56,359 bases of DNA, taken from NCBI GenBank assembly GCA_021812345.1, contig JAKANP010000005.1:1-56359 (forward strand), given 5' to 3'. This DNA is from a bacterium. Lineage in GTDB: Bacteria > Patescibacteriota > Minisyncoccia > UBA6257 > JAGOQP01. Below the pieces are notes generated by a model. The model saw only the letters and a program-made list of their open reading frames with translations. It was not told the origin of the DNA and made no database searches. Position 1 is the first letter of the stretch. The number at the start of each line of letters is the position of its first letter. This document shows, in pieces, positions 8,823 to 19,600 of the stretch. The position numbers were made by a program, and so were the translations under genes.

Positions 8823-9638
8823 ATGAAAATCAAAAGAAAAAAAATAGGACTTGCGCTTGGCGGGGGAGGATCAAAAGGCTTTGCTCACATCGGAGTGATT
8901 AAGGTTTTGAAAAAAAATAATATCCCGATTGATTTTATCACCGGAACCAGCATAGGCGCTTTGGTTGGAGGATTTTATGCGGCAAGTGAAGATCCGGAAT
9001 ATCTTGAAAGTGTGGCCTCAGGGTCAAGCTCGGGTAAGTTTATATCTTTGATGACGGAATTTACCGGCGGCAGAGGCGGGATTGTCGGCGGAGAAAAGGT
9101 TCTTAATTTTTTGAGTGAAGGGCTTGATGGAATTGATTTTAAAGATTTAAAAATTCCTCTTGCCGTGACAGCAACGGAATTAAATTCCGGAGAAACTGAA
9201 TATTTTGAAAAAAGCGGAGATGTCGCCCAGGCGATTCGCGCCAGCATTTCTTATCCTCCGATATTTTCTCCGTATAAAATAAAAAATAAATTATATGTTG
9301 ACGGAGGACTTTCCTGCCAAGTTCCGGCGCAAAAAGCGCGCTTGATGGGCGCCGATCTGGTAATTGCCGTTAATTTGGAAGATGAATATGTGTTAAATAA
9401 AAAAGTATTTGAAAAAGAATCAATTATGACAAGTACTTATAGCGTATTTAATGCCTCCATTAAAATACTTGTTAAAAAAGTTGCCGAATATGATATCAAA
9501 GAAGCCGACATTGCTTTAAATTTGCCGGTTGGAAGATTTAAAACCTGGAGTGATTTTGGGAGAGCCAAAGATTTGATAAAAATAGGAGAAGAATTTACCA
9601 AAAAGAATATAAAAAACATTAAAAAAGCGCTGTTATAA
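8823..9638 (+). CDS. Patatin-like phospholipase
   Basis: GGGGSKG, GTSIG and DGG motifs. Confidence 0.92.
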   Translation: MKIKRKKIGLALGGGGSKGFAHIGVIKVLKKNNIPIDFITGTSIGALVGGFYAASEDPEYLESVASGSSSGKFISLMTEFTGGRGGIVGGEKVLNFLSEGLDGIDFKDLKIPLAVTATELNSGETEYFEKSGDVAQAIRASISYPPIFSPYKIKNKLYVDGGLSCQVPAQKARLMGADLVIAVNLEDEYVLNKKVFEKESIMTSTYSVFNASIKILVKKVAEYDIKEADIALNLPVGRFKTWSDFGRAKDLIKIGEEFTKKNIKNIKKALL

Positions 9639-9653
9639 TCAGCGCTTTGTTTT
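9624..9653 (+). terminator. Intrinsic terminator
   Basis: AAAGCGCTG/CAGCGCTTT stem followed by a T-rich tail. Confidence 0.55.
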
Positions 9654-9766
9654 AGTGTTTTTATAGTGAGATTTCCACAGGTTGTCTTATGTTCTGTGGT
9701 ATAATTTAATCAGTTTAATATTTAGTTTGAGTATATTTTTGTATAAAAATTAATATATAAAAAAAG

Positions 9767-12700
9767 ATGAAAAATATTTTTTATTTGTTTTTCAAAAGAT
9801 TTGTAATGGTCGCGTTTTTTTCGTTATTTCTAATCGGTTTTTTATTTTCCGCTCAACATATTTATGCTGTTGACGGATCGGGATCCGCTGTTGTGGCGCC
9901 CGGTTCTGCCAATGCCGGTTCAACAGGGGGGACTTATGTTTTTACTTTTACCGCTGCCGAAGCAATGAACAGTGGCGAAGTATCGATTTCTACCGCTCCG
10001 GGGTGGAGCGCGATGCAGGGAGTTTCGGGAACTGCCGGCTACACGACTGTTGCTTCCACCGGATTGACGGCTAACGTAGAAGACAACGCCGATTCTTTGA
10101 GCGGATGGTCAGCCGGGACGGCTTGCTTGAATGGATTATCTTCCGATACTTTAAATTATCATGAGGGTTTGGGCTCAATTTTATGTTCAACCGGAGACCA
10201 AAATACGGGTCAAGTTTTTTATAAAAATATTTCTTCTCAAAATTGGTCGTCTTACACTAAAGTTGGATTTTGGATAAAAGTCGGGAAAAATATAAGTTCA
10301 GGCAATTTAAGATTTCTTTACGACGATAATAATAATTTGGCCAGTCCGATTGCAAGGATAAACCTTCCGGCAATAACCGCAAATACTTGGACGTTTGTAA
10401 ATTTAAGTCTTTCCGGTACAAGAACTTCTGTTTTAAGTTACGGTTTTGAAATAAATAATAATACTAATTTAGACAATACTACAATAAATATTGACGATAT
10501 TTTACTTGGCCCAGGAAGCCCGGTTTTTGTAAATGGCATCGCTCATGTAAGACTGTTAACTCTTTCTTCCGGACAAACAGTGACATTTAATTATGGTTTT
10601 GGAGGAGGAACCAGCGGAGCATCGGCTCCTTTGGTTGGTCAAGTGTCAACCTTTTCAACTCAAACAAGAACTTCCGATTCCGGTGTTTTAACTAATATAT
10701 CAACTTCTCCGAAAATAACCGTTAATAATCCCGTTCCCGCCATTTTGTCTGTTTCTCCAACTTCAACGATAGCCGGTGGAACGCAATTCACGCTTACGGT
10801 GAATGGGTCAAATTTCAATGCTTCATCTTCCGTTAATTGGAATAGCTCTCCCAGAGTTACAAATTATATTTCATCAAATCAATTATCGGCTACAATTTTG
10901 TCTTCCGATATTGCGAATGAAGGGACTTCAACGGTGACGGTAGTCAATCCTACGCCCGGAGGAGGAACGTCAAATGGAGCAACTGTGACTTCGATTGCGA
11001 TTGCGGTTAAATTTGTCATATTGCCTCCGGGGAATGGAACGGTTGACGCTTCTGTTCCGGTAACTGTTCAAGCTCAAAAAAATGACGGATCAGTTGATCC
11101 TAATTTCAATAAAGGTGTTACATTGAATGTTAATGGTTCCGCTACCGGAGGAGGACTCTTGAGTTTTGCGAGTGGAGTGGCAACTACATCAATTTCCGAT
11201 CATGTAGCGCAAACAGTTCTATTGTCTTTGACGGATTCACAATCAACGGGACTTATTTCCACTTCAACACAAGAAATAATTTTTTCTCCGGGAGCAATAA
11301 CTCAATTTTCTTTGAATAATCCGGGTAATATGTATGCAAATACAAGACTTGGATATACGGTTACCAGAAAAGATCAATATTCAAATCCCGTTTCTGCTTC
11401 AACGTCGACGGTTTATCTTTACACTTCATCTACCAGCACCAATCATGGATTTTATAATGACCCATTGATTGGAAGTTATTTGAATTTTATTTCTATTCCC
11501 GACGGTTCCGCTAATGCTTCTTTTTGGTATTACGAAACTGTTCCGGGAAATTATTTAATTACGGCTTCCGATAATTCTTCCGCTCCCGATGGCGCGGCCG
11601 GCATCGCAGATGCGACTTCTTCAGTTGAAGTTATGCCGGTAGCGACTAAGTTTGTCATAATGCCTACTACTTCTACCACCGTGGATAATCCTATTACCGT
11701 TACGATACAAGCTCAAAAACCGGATGGGACCGTTGATGTTAATTATCAAAAAGGAGTTACTCTTGTTGTAAACGGTTCGGCTACCGGAGGGGGATTGGTA
11801 ACTATAGTTAATGGAGTGGGGACGATGAAAATTTCCGATACTGTTCCGGAAACCGTTCATTTGTCTCTTTCGGACACTCAATCAACCGGTCTTGATGTTT
11901 CTTCTTATCAGGATGTTTATTTTGGAGTCGGGGCCACGGCTCAATTTGTTTTGAGTCATCCGGTATCGATGGGCGCGGGCACCAGAGCGGCCTATACAAT
12001 AACCAGAAAAGATCAATTTGGAAATTTAACGACAAACGGAACCGGCACGGCCTATCTTTACAGCTCTTCTCCAAGTTTAAATAAAAAGTTTTATGATTCA
12101 GCTACCGCGGGAAATGTTATAACTTCAATTCAATTTCCCAATGGGCAATCGTCCGCTAATTTTTGGTATTACGACGATACTTTGGGAACTTGGACCATAA
12201 CCGGGTCGGATAACGCTTCATCGCCTGACGGTTCGGTTGGCATTCAAGATGCCGTTGATTCAATTATTGTAAATCCCGGTCCGGTCGCTTCTTTTTCTTT
12301 GAATAATCCGGGTGGAATGAGTGTTGGCACTTATCTTGAGTATTCGGTAACAAGAAAAGACCAATTCGGAAATCTTGTTACTTCTGGAATAACTCCCGTT
12401 TATCTTTACAGTAGCGCGAATGATACGAGCACCGGATTTTATCTTTCTTCCGGCGGGGGAACTCCAATAAAATCGGTATCAATTTCAGATTCCAGTTCCA
12501 CCGCTAATTTTTGGTATTATGAAAATGTTCCGGGTAATTATACTTTAACCGCTTCCGATAATTCTTCCGCTCCCGATGGAGCCACCGGCATAGCGGATGC
12601 GACTGTTTCTGTAAATGTCATGGCGGCTCCGATTGTTGCCACAAAATTTGTTATTTTACCGACAGCTACGGGAACGGTTGATTCTCCGATTACCGTTACC

Positions 12701-14701
12701 ATAGAAGCTCAAGATAATAGCGGCAATATAGATACTTCCGCCACTTCCAGTGTCACTTTGGTTGTGGGCGGTTCGGCTACCGGAGGGGGACTGGTTACTA
12801 TGGTTAATGGAATCGGAACCGCATCCGTTTCCGATCATAAAGCCGAAACAGTAACTTTGTCTTTATCCGATACTCAGGGAACGGGATTGAATGTTTCTTC
12901 CGTTCAAAATGCGATTTTTAATCCGGGAGCGGTTTATCAATTTACTTTGGATAATCCCGGCGCAATGGCGGCTGGAGTAAGACAACAATTTACCGCAACC
13001 AGAAAAGATAAATATGGTAATCTTGTCACCTCCGGTTCAAATTCTGTTTATCTTTATTCCGCATCAATTGGAACATATCATTTTTATAATGCTTCCAGTG
13101 GAGGCAGCTCAATCAATTCTTTGGTCATAACCGACGGATATTCGTCCGCGCCTTTCTGGTATTACGACGAAAAAGCGGCGACAACCACAATAACCATTTC
13201 CGATAATTCATCTTCTCCGGATGGACCGATTGGAATTGTTGATGCCTCTCAAACTATTATTGTCCAACCGGGTCCGGTTTATAAATTTATTTTGGATAAT
13301 CCGGGAAATATGACTGCCGGAACCAGATTGGGATATTCATTGACGCGTCAAGATCAATTTAATAATCCGGTTATTTCCGGAGTTCTAACTGCCTATCTTT
13401 ACACTTCATCTGTTGGAGCGACAACTACCGCATTTTATGACGCCGCGTCAGGAGGAGGAAGTGAAACTTTCGTTGTCTTTAATAACAATGTTTCATCCGT
13501 TCAATTTTGGTATTTTGATGAAAGTCCCGGAACTTGGGTAATAACCGCATCCGATGGAACTCCTACTCCCAATGGAACTTCCGGAATTCAAGATGCCGCT
13601 GTTTCTGTCACGGTTACTTTGGCGCCAATCGTCGCAACTCGCGTCAACATAATGCCTGTTGGAGATACGCTTGTCGGACAAAACGCGCTTGTCACAGTCA
13701 AAGCTCAAGATGACAGCGGCAATACGGATACTCTTTATAATGGAAATGTTTTACTTTCTGTTTCCGGTTCAGCGTCCGGAGGGGGACAAATTAATATTGT
13801 TAATGGCATTGGAACCATATCAATTCATGATTCTGTTGCCGAAATAGTAAATCTTTCCTTGTCCAGCTCTTCCAGCGGATTGATAACGTCTTCTGCTCAA
13901 ACTATAAGATTTTATACATCTTCCGGTCCGGCATTTTATGGAGGGGGGTCGGTTGCTATGCCGATAATTCCGGTTATAACCGGAGTCCAATTTTCGGGTA
14001 CGGCATTTACCGGAGCTAAGCTTAATATTATATCCATTGGCAATGCGGGCGATGTTCCGGTAAAACAACAAACTGTCGCTTCAGCCAGCGGTTCGTTTAA
14101 TATTCTTTTTAGCAATATACAATCTGGAGCCCGTTCTTACGGAATTGTCGCTTATGATTCTTCAAATCGTCCCACTCAAACAAAAATATTTGACGCTAAT
14201 TTAGCCAATTCAAATCAACTTCTTAAAATTTCCAACGTTCTTCTTTCTCCAACCCTGGGCTTAATCAGAACATCAATAACAAGAGGGGACAATCTTGGAT
14301 TGATTGGTTCGGCTACGGCAGGTAATAAAATTGAAGTGGAAATTGACGGAAATATTTCAACCAGTTCTTCCGCTACCGCAGATTCAAAAGGCAACTATAA
14401 AATTCTCATTAATACCGCTTCGTTGGATTTTGGAAGCCATACAGTTAGAGTGAGGCAAGTGACGTCAGGAGGAACCAAAAGCGACTTTTCTCCCCAACAG
14501 GTTTTTTCAATTACGAAAGTATTTACGCCCAATATGGATTTTAACAATGACGGAGTGATTGATATAAAAGATTGGAGCATATTTATTTCCCGATGGACAT
14601 CAACCGATCCTAAAGTAAGGGCTTTAGACGATCTTAATGGAGACGGCAAAGTTGATGTCCAAGATTTCAGTATTTTTGTGAGAACCCTAAAACAGCAATA
14701 A
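9767..14701 (+). CDS. Large secreted Ig-repeat surface protein with a C-terminal dockerin-like domain
   Basis: Signal peptide; IPT/TIG-like unit; two repeated beta-rich modules; C-terminal DFNNDGVIDIKD and DLNGDGKVDVQD Ca-binding loops. Confidence 0.85.
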   Translation: MKNIFYLFFKRFVMVAFFSLFLIGFLFSAQHIYAVDGSGSAVVAPGSANAGSTGGTYVFTFTAAEAMNSGEVSISTAPGWSAMQGVSGTAGYTTVASTGLTANVEDNADSLSGWSAGTACLNGLSSDTLNYHEGLGSILCSTGDQNTGQVFYKNISSQNWSSYTKVGFWIKVGKNISSGNLRFLYDDNNNLASPIARINLPAITANTWTFVNLSLSGTRTSVLSYGFEINNNTNLDNTTINIDDILLGPGSPVFVNGIAHVRLLTLSSGQTVTFNYGFGGGTSGASAPLVGQVSTFSTQTRTSDSGVLTNISTSPKITVNNPVPAILSVSPTSTIAGGTQFTLTVNGSNFNASSSVNWNSSPRVTNYISSNQLSATILSSDIANEGTSTVTVVNPTPGGGTSNGATVTSIAIAVKFVILPPGNGTVDASVPVTVQAQKNDGSVDPNFNKGVTLNVNGSATGGGLLSFASGVATTSISDHVAQTVLLSLTDSQSTGLISTSTQEIIFSPGAITQFSLNNPGNMYANTRLGYTVTRKDQYSNPVSASTSTVYLYTSSTSTNHGFYNDPLIGSYLNFISIPDGSANASFWYYETVPGNYLITASDNSSAPDGAAGIADATSSVEVMPVATKFVIMPTTSTTVDNPITVTIQAQKPDGTVDVNYQKGVTLVVNGSATGGGLVTIVNGVGTMKISDTVPETVHLSLSDTQSTGLDVSSYQDVYFGVGATAQFVLSHPVSMGAGTRAAYTITRKDQFGNLTTNGTGTAYLYSSSPSLNKKFYDSATAGNVITSIQFPNGQSSANFWYYDDTLGTWTITGSDNASSPDGSVGIQDAVDSIIVNPGPVASFSLNNPGGMSVGTYLEYSVTRKDQFGNLVTSGITPVYLYSSANDTSTGFYLSSGGGTPIKSVSISDSSSTANFWYYENVPGNYTLTASDNSSAPDGATGIADATVSVNVMAAPIVATKFVILPTATGTVDSPITVTIEAQDNSGNIDTSATSSVTLVVGGSATGGGLVTMVNGIGTASVSDHKAETVTLSLSDTQGTGLNVSSVQNAIFNPGAVYQFTLDNPGAMAAGVRQQFTATRKDKYGNLVTSGSNSVYLYSASIGTYHFYNASSGGSSINSLVITDGYSSAPFWYYDEKAATTTITISDNSSSPDGPIGIVDASQTIIVQPGPVYKFILDNPGNMTAGTRLGYSLTRQDQFNNPVISGVLTAYLYTSSVGATTTAFYDAASGGGSETFVVFNNNVSSVQFWYFDESPGTWVITASDGTPTPNGTSGIQDAAVSVTVTLAPIVATRVNIMPVGDTLVGQNALVTVKAQDDSGNTDTLYNGNVLLSVSGSASGGGQINIVNGIGTISIHDSVAEIVNLSLSSSSSGLITSSAQTIRFYTSSGPAFYGGGSVAMPIIPVITGVQFSGTAFTGAKLNIISIGNAGDVPVKQQTVASASGSFNILFSNIQSGARSYGIVAYDSSNRPTQTKIFDANLANSNQLLKISNVLLSPTLGLIRTSITRGDNLGLIGSATAGNKIEVEIDGNISTSSSATADSKGNYKILINTASLDFGSHTVRVRQVTSGGTKSDFSPQQVFSITKVFTPNMDFNNDGVIDIKDWSIFISRWTSTDPKVRALDDLNGDGKVDVQDFSIFVRTLKQQ

Positions 14702-14746
14702 TTAAAGGTGGAAATAATTTATTAAAAATTCTATAATTATTGATAT

Positions 14747-16171
14747 ATGAGATTTACAAAAAATAAAATCGTATTCTTGTTGGCCGTTTTATTTATGATT
14801 GTTCCGTTTTTTGCCAAAGCGGCCACGTTAAATTTTGTGGCTTCTCAAAATCAATTTGTTATCGGTGATCAATTCAGTGTTGACGTTAAAGTTGACAGCG
14901 AAAGCGCCGGAATTAACGCCGTTCAAGCGACGATTCAATTTCCTCCGGATATTTTAATAGCTACCAGCACCGATAAAACCGATTCCGCTTTTAATTTTTG
15001 GCTTCAAGATCCGACAATAGACAATAATGCCGGGAAAATAACTTTTATTGCCGGCGCAACTTCCGGATTTTCGGGAAAATCTCTTCAAGTATTAAAAATA
15101 AATTTTATAGTCAAGGGAGCAGGACAGGCTAATATAAATTTTACGGACGGAGCGGTTACTGCCAGTGATGGAAGCGGAACCAATGTTTTGAGTTCGATGC
15201 AGAATCTGCAGATAACCAGCATTACAAAACAAGACGCCAAACTTATTCCGGCTCCAAAAATAGTTAAACCCGCCGTGCCGACAGGAGTTCTTCCTTCAAA
15301 ACCCGTGATTCAAGTTCCTTTATATCCTGACCAAAATGCTTGGTATAATTCGGTTTCAAGTTTTATTGTTCAATGGAATTTGCCTAAAGATGTCACGAGT
15401 GTTGCGGCGGTTATAAACAAAGAGCCGCTTACTAATCCGACTCAGTCAAATGGCGTTTTTGATAATGAAACTTTCCCCGGACTTTCGGATGGAATTTGGT
15501 ATTTGCACGTAAGATTTAAAAATGATATCGGATGGGGACCGACTCTTCATTACAAAATTTCAATAGACACCATTCCTCCTATGCCGTTTACCGCGACAGT
15601 TAAAGAGGGAAATACTACTGACGTTATCAATCCAACTATACAATTTAGCACAACCGATCAGCCTTCCGGGATAGATTTTTATCAAGTCGTTGTCGATAAT
15701 AGCGCTCCGATAAAAACATCTTCAACTTCTTTAACTCTTCCCCCTCAAAATGCCGGCGCTCATAGAATAACCGTTTCCGCTTTTGATTTTGCGGGAAATA
15801 GTTCGGAATCAAGATTGACCGTAAATATTCAAGAAAAACCGTTTTTTGTTATCGGTGGTTTTTCGGTTACGCAATCAATGTTTTTTATAAGCATTATAAT
15901 TTTGATTTTCTTGGGAATTGTTGCCGGTTGGCACATAAGTTATCTTGCAAAAAAGAGAGTTCAGGGAAGGGTAATTATCGCTCAACGTGATGTAGTTAAT
16001 TCCTTTAATTTAATTTCAAAAGAAATAGATGCTCTTTTATTAAAATATAATGATGGCCAGATAGACGAAAGAGAAATCCAAGAAATTAAGTTTTCTCTTG
16101 AACGTCTTAAAACAACGACCGATAAAATAAAAAAATATGTTGCCGACAATATTGAAGAAATTGAGGATTAA
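14747..16171 (+). CDS. Cohesin-domain protein with a C-terminal membrane anchor
   Basis: Signal peptide; GDQFSVDV...INAVQATIQF...GAVTASDGSGTNV cohesin-like unit; Ig-like domains; TM helix then helical tail. Confidence 0.8.
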   Translation: MRFTKNKIVFLLAVLFMIVPFFAKAATLNFVASQNQFVIGDQFSVDVKVDSESAGINAVQATIQFPPDILIATSTDKTDSAFNFWLQDPTIDNNAGKITFIAGATSGFSGKSLQVLKINFIVKGAGQANINFTDGAVTASDGSGTNVLSSMQNLQITSITKQDAKLIPAPKIVKPAVPTGVLPSKPVIQVPLYPDQNAWYNSVSSFIVQWNLPKDVTSVAAVINKEPLTNPTQSNGVFDNETFPGLSDGIWYLHVRFKNDIGWGPTLHYKISIDTIPPMPFTATVKEGNTTDVINPTIQFSTTDQPSGIDFYQVVVDNSAPIKTSSTSLTLPPQNAGAHRITVSAFDFAGNSSESRLTVNIQEKPFFVIGGFSVTQSMFFISIIILIFLGIVAGWHISYLAKKRVQGRVIIAQRDVVNSFNLISKEIDALLLKYNDGQIDEREIQEIKFSLERLKTTTDKIKKYVADNIEEIED

Positions 16172-16210
16172 TATATAATTATAAGGTCAATAATTTTTTA
16201 ATTTAAATTT

Positions 16211-16582
16211 ATGAAGATATTAATCGTTGAAGACGAACAGGTTTTGGCAAAAGTATTCCAGGAAAAATTCGAAAAGTTGCATTATGACGTAAAAGTGGCG
16301 ACTGATGGGGAAGTGGCTTTGGGTATGGCAAAGAGTTTTAATCCCGACGCTATTGTGCTTGATTTGGTTCTTCCCAAAAAAGGCGGTTTTGAAGTTCTTG
16401 AAGAAATCAAAAATGTTGATTCTCTAAAAATGGTTCCGGTGGTGGTTGTTTCCAATTTGGGAGAAGACGAAGATATAAAAAAGGCAATTTCTTTAGGAGC
16501 GGTGGATTATTTTGTCAAAGCTCAGCACCCTATAAACGAGATAGTTGATAAAATAAAAAGCGTGATTATTAAAGCGAAATAA
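16211..16582 (+). CDS. Single-domain response regulator
   Basis: KILIVEDE...LDLVLP...K receiver fold, no output domain. Confidence 0.92.
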   Translation: MKILIVEDEQVLAKVFQEKFEKLHYDVKVATDGEVALGMAKSFNPDAIVLDLVLPKKGGFEVLEEIKNVDSLKMVPVVVVSNLGEDEDIKKAISLGAVDYFVKAQHPINEIVDKIKSVIIKAK

Positions 16583-16614
16583 TCGCCCAAAGCCGGACAT
16601 ATTAATTGTTTTCT

Positions 16615-19600
16615 ATGAGCGATAATTGGTTCGGACTTTATAAAAAAATTAAAGGATTAAATATAAAAACGGTTATTTTGCCTGCCGTAATTTTTATTGT
16701 TCTTCTTTTATCAACTTATTTTGTTTGGACAAAAATAACAGAACAAATCTCATATGACAAACAAAATCTTTTTAATCAGGAGGCTCAACGGGCGATAAAA
16801 TCATTTCAAGACAGAATCGTTCTTGGAAATTCGGTTCTTAGCGGAATGAAAGGATATTATGAATCTATGCAACGGTCGATTACTCCGCAAGAGTGGCTAA
16901 ATTATATAAAACAATTGGAGCCTCAAGCTAAAAATTCCTGTATAGATGCCATAGGATATATTAAAAAAGTTTCCCAAAATAATTTATCCGAAGAAATAAA
17001 AAATGCCAATGATTACGTCGCTTTATTTAATGGAAATTTTGGGCCGGTAGTTTTTCATCCTCAAGGGAACAAAGAAAATTATTACATAATAAAATATTTT
17101 TTTCCGTTAGATGAAAAATCGTTTGACCTTTTGGGTTTTGATTATTCTTCTCAAGAACAATTAAATCAAACAATACAATCGTCAGGCAGTTTATCGACTA
17201 TTCAAATTACTCCCATTCAAAAAATGTGGGACAATAATCATCCTAGAGTGGACGCATTAATACCTATTTATTATAAACAAAATTATGCATTTGAATCGTC
17301 ATCAACTTTGAGAGGTTTTGGTTTGGCGATAACCGACATAGATAATTGCGCCAGATCAATTATCGGCGGTTCCGTTGTTAATGGAATAAATTACAAAGCG
17401 GTTGATATAACTGGCGGCAGTCAGAATGATTTTTTTCAAAGCGACAACTGGGGGGAATATCCGCATCAATTTTTTGAACAACAAAAGATAAATTTTTATA
17501 ATCGTCAATGGCTAATTGAATTTGAATCCGCTCCGGATTTTGGAAATACGGCATCAAACACCGCCTTGGTATTTTTGATCCCGATTTTTGGCATACTGCT
17601 TAGCTTTTTTGTTTCTTCTTTGGTGCTGATGTATTCGACCTCAAGAGCCAGAGCTTATGGCTTGGTGGATAAAGTAACCGGACTTCTTCAGGAAAGCGAG
17701 GCAAAATTAAAAGAACTTTTTTATAAATCTCCGGACCCGATTTTCATATTGGATAATAGCGGAAGGTTTGTTGATATGAATGTTGCCGGAGAAAAAATGC
17801 ACGGAATACCCAAAGAAGAATTGATTAGAAATCATAAGATTTTTGATTTTATCTCTCCTTCAAGCAGCGGAATTGACGAATCTTTATGGGAAAAATTTAT
17901 TAAACAGGGAAATATCAGATTTGATTTTGTATTCAAGCACCCGCAGAGTGGAGAAGAAAGACACATGGAAGTATCTGCGGCGGCAAATTATATTCCGGGG
18001 ATGAATATAGCTATCATAAGAGATGTCACTAAAAATAGAGAATTAGAAAATGCTTTAAAAAAAGCCGAACAATTGTGGAAAACTATTTTTTCCGCCGCCA
18101 ATGACGCCATTTTAATTTTGGATGATAATCAGGAAATAATAAGTTGCAACTTGGCCGCAGAAAGAATTTATAAAGAATCAAAAGAAAAAATAATCGGCAA
18201 AAGAATAATCGATATCCGTTATGACAAGGATCAAAATAAAATTAATGAACAATTTGGCAATGTTATAAAAAACAATGGATTGATTTTTGAAACCAAACAA
18301 GTTCGCGGGAACGGCGACATTTTTGATGCCGAAGTGAGCGTTAAGCCATTTAAAATTTTTGATAAAGATTATATTGTCGATATTGTTCGTGATATTTCCG
18401 AAAGAAAAAAAATAGAAGCAAAAGAGAAAAAAATCAGCAAGGATTTGAAGATTTTAAGCGAAAGCAATCAGGCGATGATTAAATCGCAAAATGAACAGGA
18501 ATTTTTGGACAAGTTATGCAGGATAATTGTTGAAACCGGGGAGTATAAATTTGTTTGGATAGGGGAGGCATTTGATGATGGTGAAAAGTCCGTAAAGCCG
18601 GTAGCTCAATGCGGATTTAATGACGATTATTTGAAAAATATCAAAGTATCTTGGGGAGAAAATGAATATGGGATGGGTCCGACCGGATCGGCAATAAGAA
18701 ATAAAACCGTTTCTGTGGTCAGAAATATTGAAAATGATCCCAATTATTCTGTTTGGCGTTCGGAAGCGGAAAAGAGGGGATATTTATCTTCCGTTGCTTT
18801 GCCTATAATTGTCGGTATAAAAATTTTTGGAGCTTTAAATATTTATTCTTCCGAAGCGGATGCTTTTAATCAGGAAGAGGTGGAGTTGCTTGATAAATTA
18901 TCGGGTGATATCGGTTTTGGCATAAACAGCATTCGCTTAAAAAACGAAATAAAATCAAGCGAGGAAAAATATAGAAAAATGATCGAACTTTCTCCGGATG
19001 CGGTAGTAATACATTCCGGAGAAAAAATAGTTTTTGTTAATAATGCGGCCATTAAAATTTTTGGCGCCAAATCATCGGAAGAAATTGTGGGCAAGCCGAC
19101 AATGAGCTTTGTCCATCCCGATAGCATTAATGTGGTCAAGGAAAGAATTTCGGAGATGATTAATAAAAAAGAGCCCGTGCCCGTAGTGGATGAAAAATTT
19201 TTAAAAATTGACGGCTCTCCGATAGATGTTTCAGTTGTAGCGGCGCCGATTATTTATGATGGCCGTCCGGCTATCCAAGTTATAGTCCACGACATTACCG
19301 AGAGAAAACGTTCGGAAGTAAAAATGAAAGAATTAAATTCCGAATTGGAAAAATTCAAACTGGCCGTTGAAAACGCTTCCGACCACATAATAATAACCGA
19401 TATTGATGGGAATATAATTTTTGCCAATAAGGCAGCCTCTCAAACAACCGGATATCCTATAAACGAAATGATCGGCAAAACCCCTCGTCTATGGGGAGGA
19501 CAAATGCCTTTGGATTTTTATAAAGGAATGTGGAACACCATAAAATACGAGAAAAGGCCATTTTTTGGAGAAATTAAAAACAAAAGAAAGTCCGGAGAAT

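Noticed and set aside
11621-14649. Short alternative-frame ORFs inside the large surface protein gene
   Set aside because: Shadow ORFs of a Ser/Thr/Gly-rich gene
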